From a virus (lineage: Duplodnaviria > Heunggongvirae > Uroviricota > Caudoviricetes), in the IMG/VR virus record IMGVR_UViG_3300041955_001975, positions 1 through 26,737 of that record: a stretch of 26,737 nt of DNA; one strand, 5' to 3'. A program made the position numbers and the translations under genes. Under the pieces are notes generated by a model. That model saw only the letters and a program-made list of their open reading frames with translations. It did no database searches and had not been told where the DNA came from. Positions 1 through 6,470 of this stretch are shown piece after piece (position 1 is the first letter of the stretch; each line of letters begins with the position of its first letter).

Positions 1-876
1 ATGGACTTCCACACCTACACCACGATGCGTGACTGGACTCGGCGGGTATCGCCGGAGGACCGCTTCGCCCAGGACATCGGCCAGTTCTACAAGCGGGCGA
101 TGGACGATGCGATCAAGGTACGCTCCGCGCAATTTTTCGCCCAACTCATCAACGAACGGGACTGGGAAAAGGCCCGGCGGCCCTACTACAACCTGTGGCC
201 GTCGATCATCCCGATGCTCACCCGGCTGGACCTGGACCTCGATTCCGAACTGATCCGGCTCCCATTGCCGGCCCTCTGCGTCCGTCTTCCCAAAGACTCG
301 GCGAAGAACCCGCTCAAGTTCGAGTGGAAGGGCGACGACGTTTCCGTCCGCTGCATTATGATGGGCGACATGAACCAGGGCGAAGGTATTTCCGTGCTGA
401 TCGACGTGGGCGAATTGGTGGACGAGATCGGGGTGCCGGTCTACACCTACCGCAACTTCCCTCGCAAGCCCGGCCTGACCGTCCAACAATCGGTGGCCAG
501 TCTTGGAAGGAATGTGTTTGCCGACCTGGGCATCCAAGTCCCGGATTCCCTGGTCATGGACTGCGTGCGGCTGTGCTGCTCCCTTTGCCTGCTGGAAAAC
601 GATCCCGAGATCATTTCTCCCGATGTCCTGGCCGATGACCGGGCCAAGTACGAGGCCACCAGCGACCAGAAGTTCGTGGACAAGGCTCACCGGCGTGGCA
701 AGGTCGGCTGGGATGTGGGGAAACAAATCGAAGTCATCCCGCACTACAGAAGGCCGCACATGACTCTCGTTTGGACCGGGCACGGGCGGGTGACGCCTCG
801 GGTGGTGCCCAGGCGGGGAAGTGTTGTCCATCGGGAGGCGGTGGAGAAGTTGCCGAGCGGGTTTGGGGGAGGGTGA
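1..876 (+). CDS. hypothetical protein (291 aa, possibly 5'-truncated by window edge)
   Basis: Long ORF convergent on cas9; C-terminal PHYRRPHMTLVWTGHGR resembles His/Arg motifs seen in uncharacterised phage proteins; no family recognised. Confidence 0.7.
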   Translation: MDFHTYTTMRDWTRRVSPEDRFAQDIGQFYKRAMDDAIKVRSAQFFAQLINERDWEKARRPYYNLWPSIIPMLTRLDLDLDSELIRLPLPALCVRLPKDSAKNPLKFEWKGDDVSVRCIMMGDMNQGEGISVLIDVGELVDEIGVPVYTYRNFPRKPGLTVQQSVASLGRNVFADLGIQVPDSLVMDCVRLCCSLCLLENDPEIISPDVLADDRAKYEATSDQKFVDKAHRRGKVGWDVGKQIEVIPHYRRPHMTLVWTGHGRVTPRVVPRRGSVVHREAVEKLPSGFGGG

Positions 877-926
877 ACATGAAGTCCTTGTGCCAGCCGC
901 CTAGATTGCGCCCTCGTAACCCAGGG

Positions 927-3896
927 CTAACGCCAGTCGTGTGAACATCCAGTCGTTCGGGTGGCTCCAACTTCTTCCGCGTCGTTGGCTTCGACTGCCT
1001 CGATGTTCGGCTGCTTTGTTTCTTGTGTTTCTTGGGCGGCTGCAACATTGCCGCTGGCATGGTCGCGGGGAACGCTGTTGCTGAGCTGTTTTGCTTGCTT
1101 GTTGACCACGGCCGCGCACAAGGGGGACCGAAAAACATTCTTGATGTCGCGCAGCGCCGCGGGGGTGAGCGAATTCTTGGATAGGTCCAAGTTCTGCACA
1201 TAGAAGCGGCTGCCGTCGCCTCGCTCGATCACGCATCCTTGCGTCACTCGCTCCACTCGCTCGATGCCTTGGGTCCGGCAATAGTCGCGGAAGGCGGCGA
1301 CCCAGCGAGCAGAGAAGTCGGCCTCCTTCTCCTGTGACCCCAGCGGCCGGCCTGTCACCAGAGGGCTGTCATTCGGCACCTTGACCTTGGGCTCCGTCAC
1401 CTGGAAGATCCGGTTGAGCTTAAAGATCACCAGTTTCTCCTCCAGGACTCCCTTTTCGCACTGGTAGCCCACGTAAAGGCATTGCAGTGACGAGTGTGCG
1501 GCCTGGAATCGTCCTAGCCGTTGTGAATCTGTCTTGCGCGGGACGGTAAAATTGCCGCCAGCTTTGGTCAGCGAGATCCCCATCTGTGGGATCTCGTCGT
1601 TCTTGCCAGCCCGGAAGTCATCCAGCAGTCGCCGGCGATTCAAGTCATTCGGGTGCGTGCCCATCCCCTCGGTGTTGATAGAAGCCCGGAGGTGCTCCAG
1701 AAGTCGGACATCGGCGTGTAGCATGTCTGCCAAGAGATACGTGCGGAGACCGCTGGAAGTGACCTTACGGATGGACTGTTCCAGCATCTTCAGGGCCGGC
1801 TTCTTCTTTCGCTTCTTTTGCTTGCCTGACCCCTCTTCCGGCAGGGCCGTTTCCGCTTCCACTTCGGGCGGGGCCGCCGCCTCCTTGGCCACCAGGGCGA
1901 TCAGATCCTTTAGCTCCTTATGGAACTCCGCGGCGGACGCCTGCTTCTGATCTTTCCCGGTGAGTCTGTTGGTGCCCACGGGGTCCAGTTTGCAGGTGGC
2001 CTGGTTCTTCTTGTTCCAGTTGAAGGAACTCAGCCGCACTCGCACATAACCTCCGGGCAGGAGCGTCTCAAAGCCGGGAATGATCTCCAGGATGGCGTCG
2101 GCAGGCACGGCGGGCCGCTTCTCGAAAAGCAGCGGAGATGCCTTGAGCACCCGTTCCCTCCAGCGGCAGGCGTGTGACTGGCTGACCCGTCGCAGGGGAG
2201 CGCTCCAAGCGCCAAAGGAAGGCACTTTGCAAGCCAGGATAGCGGCGTCAATGGCGTGATTGTAGTCGTCGCCGTGGTCCTTGGCGTACTCGGGCAGCAT
2301 GATGGTGCGGTAAAGGGCTGTAAGACGCCCCGACTGGGCTCGAATCGCACAGGGCTTTCCTGTGCGGGTCTCGATGCACTGGGCGAGGTAGCGGGCCAAC
2401 GGCCGCGGGACCCGTTGGCTGTTGCCGATATGGGTCAGATCGGAGAGGATCATGGCCAGGGCCTGCTCGGCGTCCAAGGCCGAGCCCGCGTGACGCATCC
2501 GATTCAAGAGGCCCTTCTTGGTATCGTGATAGGGGTGCCTGGCGCGGAAGCCGTCGATCTTACGCTTGCCCACGTATTTGCCGTAGGCTTCGTAGGCGTC
2601 GTCGTGGATTGTCATGCCGGCCTCGGCCGCCGTGCGGGAACCCTTCCTTGCGTTGCAGGCGGGACAGGCAGGCACGATGTTCAGGTAGGCGTCGAAGGGG
2701 AATCGACTTTGCGGTAGCAGGTGCTCGACCTCCGTCAGCGGCGACCTCTTTCCGCAGTAGGCGCATCGGCCGTCAAACTCTTTGGTAAGCATTTCCCGCC
2801 GGTCCTGGAAGCCGTAGGCAGGTCCCTGCTGGTAGTGCTTGTAGGCTTCCGCCTCGTTGATCGACTTGTCCTGCTTGCGGTCCGGGTGGTAGCCCCGCAA
2901 CACGTCGAAGGCCACGCGCTCCACGACGATTTCGTCGATTTGGCCGACCAGGGGCAGCACGCGGGCTTCAAGGTAGCGCCACAGGTCGGTGAAGATTTTC
3001 TGCTCGATGCGGCCCACGTCGGCCGGCGAGAAGTCGGTCTTGGTCGGAATCGTCCGCCCCGTGACAACATACTGGATGTAGACATTAGAGTGTTCACAGC
3101 AAAAGCGAGTACGTCCCGCGGATTCCCCCTGAAGTATGTCGCGTATGTTCTTCTCGTAGACGGCCTTGTGCTTCTGAAAGGCCGGCTCCGGGACCAGCGT
3201 GTATAGCGCCTTGAACGGCACCCTCTTGGGCGATGCAAGGGCCCTGTCGATCCACGATTCCAGGGCTTGCCAGAGTTGGGCCGGGGACTCCCGCCGGCGG
3301 ATGATGTCGGTGAGCCAGGCGAAAAGTGCCTGCTGCAACCGTTCGCGCTTGGCATTCTTGGCCCGCCGGACATTGCGGTCACAACCTTCCCAGGCGCATT
3401 TTGACGGCTTGCGGTTCTCGACCCGCATAGGGCGGATTTCGCGGCGAAGGTGCCGGCGGCATACGGCCAGAACCCGCTCCTGATCTTCACTGGCGATGAG
3501 ACGCTTGATCTCCTGGGTCAAGGCGGTTAGAAATTCATCCCGGGAGATAGCAAACGGCATCTCTTTCTGGTCCTGCTCCTGGTCTTCCTTGGCAGGGTGG
3601 CCGAAGCCGCGACCGCTACAATAGCGGAGCAACTCGTCAGCCTGCTTAGACGGCAGACCCAGGCTGAGGAAAGCCGCCCCCAGCCTTTTCAGCCGGCGGC
3701 GTTTCGTCTTCCTCGTTCTGCGCGCCCGTCGAGCCAAGGCGCGGCTGTCCAGGGTCGTTTCGATAGGCTTCCGTTGGACTTCCATCGTGCCGAGGAACCG
3801 CGGGATGTTGCCTTCCGCCGTTTGCTCCACGACGCTGAAACCGATGTACTTTTCGCCGTAGTCGATTCCCAAGCAGAAGGTCATGGTCATCCTCAC
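927..3896 (-). CDS. cas9: compact Cas9 nuclease, type II-D (Cas9d/SMART-I)-like; true start probably ATG 3884 or 3890
   Basis: N-terminal RuvC-I (CLGIDYGEKYIGFSVV), Arg-rich bridge helix (SRALARRARRTRKTKRRRLKRL), REC Cys/His motifs (KCAWEGC ... GRTRFCCEH), RuvC-II (EIVVERVAFD), HNH with CxxC pairs (CAYCGK...EVEHLLPQS...NIVPACPACNARKG), RuvC-III (YNHAIDAAILAC); adjacent anti-repeat and array. Confidence 0.92.
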   Translation of the reverse strand: MRMTMTFCLGIDYGEKYIGFSVVEQTAEGNIPRFLGTMEVQRKPIETTLDSRALARRARRTRKTKRRRLKRLGAAFLSLGLPSKQADELLRYCSGRGFGHPAKEDQEQDQKEMPFAISRDEFLTALTQEIKRLIASEDQERVLAVCRRHLRREIRPMRVENRKPSKCAWEGCDRNVRRAKNAKRERLQQALFAWLTDIIRRRESPAQLWQALESWIDRALASPKRVPFKALYTLVPEPAFQKHKAVYEKNIRDILQGESAGRTRFCCEHSNVYIQYVVTGRTIPTKTDFSPADVGRIEQKIFTDLWRYLEARVLPLVGQIDEIVVERVAFDVLRGYHPDRKQDKSINEAEAYKHYQQGPAYGFQDRREMLTKEFDGRCAYCGKRSPLTEVEHLLPQSRFPFDAYLNIVPACPACNARKGSRTAAEAGMTIHDDAYEAYGKYVGKRKIDGFRARHPYHDTKKGLLNRMRHAGSALDAEQALAMILSDLTHIGNSQRVPRPLARYLAQCIETRTGKPCAIRAQSGRLTALYRTIMLPEYAKDHGDDYNHAIDAAILACKVPSFGAWSAPLRRVSQSHACRWRERVLKASPLLFEKRPAVPADAILEIIPGFETLLPGGYVRVRLSSFNWNKKNQATCKLDPVGTNRLTGKDQKQASAAEFHKELKDLIALVAKEAAAPPEVEAETALPEEGSGKQKKRKKKPALKMLEQSIRKVTSSGLRTYLLADMLHADVRLLEHLRASINTEGMGTHPNDLNRRRLLDDFRAGKNDEIPQMGISLTKAGGNFTVPRKTDSQRLGRFQAAHSSLQCLYVGYQCEKGVLEEKLVIFKLNRIFQVTEPKVKVPNDSPLVTGRPLGSQEKEADFSARWVAAFRDYCRTQGIERVERVTQGCVIERGDGSRFYVQNLDLSKNSLTPAALRDIKNVFRSPLCAAVVNKQAKQLSNSVPRDHASGNVAAAQETQETKQPNIEAVEANDAEEVGATRTTGCSHDWR
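952..1046 (-). CRISPR. degenerate second mini-array (repeat-30 nt spacer-truncated repeat) inside the cas9 3' end
   Basis: 1002-1046 matches the array consensus at 30/36 after removing a 9-nt tandem duplication (tgtttcttg); 952-971 equals repeat positions 1-12 plus 29-36 (gtcgttcgggtg+gctccaac); the gap 972-1001 is exactly 30 nt, the modal spacer length. Confidence 0.72.
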
Positions 3897-3898
3897 TC

Positions 3899-4030
3899 AA
3901 AAGGTCGTTTCAGGACTCACCGAATAAGCCAAGGGAGTTGTGCAGAGCAGGGGTCTGTCCCGACCACTGGTGCGTCCCCGGGCAACGGCTCTTTGTAGTC
4001 AACCGGAAACAAAGCATTCGTTCGTTGTAC
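3899..4030 (-). ncRNA. putative tracrRNA (ends approximate)
   Basis: Anti-repeat at 3992-4020 (+ strand tttgtagtcaaccggaaacaaagcattcg) is complementary to the crRNA repeat over about 23 Watson-Crick pairs with one bulge; followed by a nexus-like CUACAAAGAGCCGU, a GGCUUA-UUCGG-UGAGUC hairpin (3914-3930) and a U4 tract (3899-3902). Confidence 0.8.
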
Positions 4031-4054
4031 GGGTCATGTGCCCCTGCCCATACT

Positions 4055-4082
4055 AAGAGTTGCAAAATCTGGAAAAGTGGTT
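4055..4082 (-). promoter_or_regulatory. bipartite conserved motif copy 1 (AACCACTTTT-CCAGA-TTTTGCAACTCTT), upstream of tracrRNA/cas9
   Basis: Same motif, spacing and strand at 7889, 12569 and 24465. Confidence 0.7.
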
Positions 4083-4162
4083 TTGGCGGAGGGAGATTTT
4101 CTGGGAGGTTCCGCCGCTAGCTCGATGCAAGGACTCATACGGCAGCCTGTTGCGGCGGACAG

Positions 4163-4451
4163 ATTGTTCGGGTGCTTTGTTCCCCGGGCGGCTACAACAA
4201 GCATTTGTTTCCGGCCGCAAACTGGAATACTGTTCGGGTGCTTTGTTTCCCGGGCGGCTACAACTCTACGCGATCAAGCAGAAATTGTTCGGCTGCTTTG
4301 TTTTCCGAGCGGCTACAACTGCTGGATCGTTCGGATCTGTGACTGGTGCGTTGTTCGGGTGCTTTGTTTCCCAGGCGGCTACAACAAAGTGACGAGAGGA
4401 ACAGGCAAGAGTAGTATTGTTCGGGTGCTTTGTCTCCCGGGCGACTGTAAC
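4163..4451 (-). CRISPR. type II CRISPR mini-array, 5 x 36-nt repeats (consensus GTTGTAGCCGCCCGGGAAACAAAGCACCCGAACAAT), spacers 30/19/30/30 nt
   Basis: Repeats at 4163-4198, 4229-4264, 4284-4319, 4350-4385 and 4416-4451; GTTGTAG...AAT termini resemble type II-C repeats; orientation inferred from the GTTGTAG 5' end and tracr complementarity. Confidence 0.95.
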
Positions 4452-4453
4452 AC

Positions 4454-4481
4454 AACTTAGAAACTGCTAGGACTGACGCAA
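4454..4481 (-). promoter_or_regulatory. possible sigma70-like promoter for the array (TTGCGT-16 nt-TAAGTT)
   Basis: Hexamers read on the minus strand directly upstream of the most degenerate repeat; weak consensus match. Confidence 0.3.
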
Positions 4482-4675
4482 TAGACGGCGTACTCGTGGC
4501 CGTATCAGTCGGAACAACAGGTACGACTGTCAGAAAATACTCGCCATAATTCAGACAGATTCCGGTGGGTTCCGGCAGGATTCATAGTTAGCTATCACGG
4601 TTTGTGATCCCTTGGTGTTTGGCTAGAATGTTGTGGGGTTCAACCCGCAGGCGACCATTTTCTCGATCCCCTGCA

Positions 4676-4954
4676 TCAAGGGCGAAGGTAGCGATCCACC
4701 TTGCGGTAAGCAGGCTGTGCTTCAGAATCCTCTTGCATCGGCCCTTGCGCGCCAACCTGCCGGAGCCCGGCCACCGCCCTCTTGTGCCCGTTGACCAGGC
4801 TCTCGTAGGCTTGATCCCGTTGTCGCTCACTGGCGTACCAGCCATTGGAGAACCATTGCTGGAACCAGTTGCCCCAGTATTCGATGCCCCATTTCTTCTT
4901 CCGCGAGGGCATGGCCTTCTTCTTGTGGCGGGGAATCTCGGGGTCGCGGAACAT
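4676..4954 (-). CDS. hypothetical protein (92 aa, Trp-rich)
   Basis: ATG 4954 preceded by RBS-like GAGAGGGAG; MFRDPEIPRH...WGIEYWGNWFQQWFSNGW. Confidence 0.6.
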   Translation of the reverse strand: MFRDPEIPRHKKKAMPSRKKKWGIEYWGNWFQQWFSNGWYASERQRDQAYESLVNGHKRAVAGLRQVGAQGPMQEDSEAQPAYRKVDRYLRP

Positions 4955-5024
4955 GGCTACTCCCTCTCGACGAAGCCGTCCTCTTCGGCCCAGGCTTCCA
5001 GGTGAGGTCGCCGGGTCTCGTCGG

Positions 5025-5456
5025 TCATCGGAAAAGGCCGCCATTGAAGAGCTTGTGCATGGCCCGGCGGGTGATCCTGAAGTAACGCACTGCACCGCCG
5101 AGAACACCGGCACCGAGGGCCAGGCCGAAGCCCTGGGCCAGGGAGGGGCCGTTCGTGTATATGAGCCACATTGCGCCGCCGATGATCCCCAGCAGCACCA
5201 GGACCGTGACGCCGGCCAGCAAGCACTCGGTCAGGACCATGAGGGTCTTCTTGCAAAGGCCCTGCGGGCGGAAGTGGCTCTCGGCCCAGTCGGTCAGGAT
5301 GCTCGTGACCATCGGGCCGTGGTTGCTGTTGTTCAGGGAGAGGGTGGCCGTCCGGCCGCCGAACTCGACATTGAGCCAGGTCCCCTCGGCGTTTTTCGTC
5401 AGTTCCACGCTCGCTTTCGCCGTCTTGGTCTTGGCGTCGATCTTGCTGTCGGTCAC
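5025..5456 (-). CDS. hypothetical membrane protein (two TM segments)
   Basis: Hydrophobic VLTECLLAGVTVLVLLGIIGGAMWLIY and LAQGFGLALGAGVLGGAV; start overlaps the upstream stop. Confidence 0.7.
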   Translation of the reverse strand: MTDSKIDAKTKTAKASVELTKNAEGTWLNVEFGGRTATLSLNNSNHGPMVTSILTDWAESHFRPQGLCKKTLMVLTECLLAGVTVLVLLGIIGGAMWLIYTNGPSLAQGFGLALGAGVLGGAVRYFRITRRAMHKLFNGGLFR

Positions 5457-5980
5457 GTCGTCTCTCCTTGAGATGGCTTCCTTGCCAGGCGGTTGTAGTG
5501 GAGTAGCTTTTCGGCACGTTCGCCGGCGCTAGGCACCTTGGCATCTTGCATCAGTTCAGCGGCCGATTGGTCCGTCGGCCAGGCGTCATCGCCTGCGCGG
5601 CGATAGAGCGACGTGAAGGCGACAGGCATGTCCGGTGGAACCGGATTGGGATTGGTGACGGTAATGACCGGGCCTGGAGCCTCCTTGGCTTGGGAGGCGC
5701 TGGCACAATCGTCAATGCCCTTGCCGACAGTCGGGTCGATTGGGCCGGCCCGCTTCCGGCGAACGATCTTCAGGGCCTCTTCCAGATCGGCCACGAATTG
5801 CTCGGTGTCCGCGTGCATTGTGCCGGGGCCGCCGACCCGGTTAGCGTAATGAACCTCGTCCGGTTCGGCCTTGATGGCGGTGCCGTCCGGCTTGATGATG
5901 GTGCAGAAGCTCCCAGGCATTTCCAACTTGTGGAGGAGGGAGAGCAGGTTTCGACGACTCAGAACGACTTCGCTGGGCAT
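5453..5980 (-). CDS. hypothetical protein (175 aa)
   Basis: ORF with RBS-like AAGGAG upstream, in the co-oriented run. Confidence 0.65.
   Translation of the reverse strand: MPSEVVLSRRNLLSLLHKLEMPGSFCTIIKPDGTAIKAEPDEVHYANRVGGPGTMHADTEQFVADLEEALKIVRRKRAGPIDPTVGKGIDDCASASQAKEAPGPVITVTNPNPVPPDMPVAFTSLYRRAGDDAWPTDQSAAELMQDAKVPSAGERAEKLLHYNRLARKPSQGETT
5680..5710. repeat. 31-nt element, copy 1 (27/31 identical to 26691-26721)
   Basis: cctccttggcttgggaggcgctggcacaatc vs cctcgttggcttgggaggctgcggcacaatc; contains a GCCTC(C)...(G)GAGGC stem. Confidence 0.6.
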
Positions 5981-5999
5981 GGTGCAGCTCCTTGGTCAG

Positions 6000-6068
6000 T
6001 ACAACCAGCGGGAATCGAACCCGCATTGCCGGCTGGAAGCCGGTGTCCTGCCGTTAGACGATGGCTGT
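6000..6068 (-). tRNA. tRNA-like gene with anomalous anticodon arm; identity uncertain (Gly-TCC if read as 4-bp stem + 7-nt loop; Glu-like body)
   Basis: Acceptor ACAGCCA/TGGTTGT, D arm GTCT-AACGGCA-GGAC, anticodon arm CCGGC-TTCCA-GCCGG, T arm GCGGG-TTCGATT-CCCGC; no encoded CCA. Confidence 0.8.
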
Positions 6069-6076
6069 TGTTGGTA

Positions 6077-6307
6077 CTAGCTCGCCGGGGTGGCCGGCGG
6101 CGTGGCCAGGGTGGCGGCGGCGGCGGCTTCGAGCTTGGTGGTGGCCTGCGCGACGGCAGCTTCGGCCGTGGCGACGGTGGGCTCGGCGGCGGTCACGGCC
6201 TTGGCGGCCTCCGTCTTACCGATGCCGATGGCCTTCTTGACGGCTCCAACTCCGTTGCTGATGGCGGTCTCGATCTTCTCTTTGATCTGGTCCAACTTGT
6301 CGGACAT
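6077..6307 (-). CDS. small Ala-rich hypothetical protein (76 aa)
   Basis: ORF with RBS-like GGGAG; amphipathic Ala/Lys/Thr-rich sequence. Confidence 0.6.
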   Translation of the reverse strand: MSDKLDQIKEKIETAISNGVGAVKKAIGIGKTEAAKAVTAAEPTVATAEAAVAQATTKLEAAAAATLATPPATPAS

Positions 6308-6470
6308 GAACGTTACTCCCGAGGGAAACAGGACAGTGTTTCAGTAGTTCATCGGCCCCGGTCTCGCCAGCGTCACTGGTCCCCGGTCACGTCGGCCGTC
6401 TACGGCGGTTTGAGGATTGAGCCTTACGGCAGCCGCGAACTACAACATCCGGCTTGAGTTGCCTGGACGG

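Noticed and set aside
1074-1120. Possible third degenerate repeat upstream of the embedded unit
   Set aside because: Only about 12/19 identity with irregular spacing; indistinguishable from chance.
1797-1830. Nuclear localisation signal (KQKKRKKKP) in Cas9
   Set aside because: Prokaryotic context; basic loops are common in nucleic-acid-binding proteins.
927-3896. IscB or IS200/605 transposon nuclease
   Set aside because: No N-terminal PLMP domain, 989 aa is much longer than typical IscB, a repeat array and anti-repeat are present, and no TnpA is seen.
3966-3975. actggtgcgt shared with the spacer 3/repeat 4 junction (4342-4351)
   Set aside because: Same-strand 10-mer spanning a repeat boundary; it cannot pair crRNA with tracr and is likely coincidence.
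4055-4082. sigma54 promoter reading of the bipartite motif (TTGCA)
   Set aside because: The required GG at -24, 10 nt upstream of the GC, is absent in all copies.
4595-4629. Plus-strand TAGAAT promoter-like site with ATCAC-N5-GTGAT palindrome
   Set aside because: Points away from the array into antisense of downstream genes; weak -35; cannot be supported from sequence alone.
4896-4905. 10-nt seed match (ttcttccgcg) to the embedded spacer; also short partial matches of other spacers near 6320 and 19555
   Set aside because: Matches this short are expected by chance in 27 kb with several guides; no full protospacer found by eye in the window.
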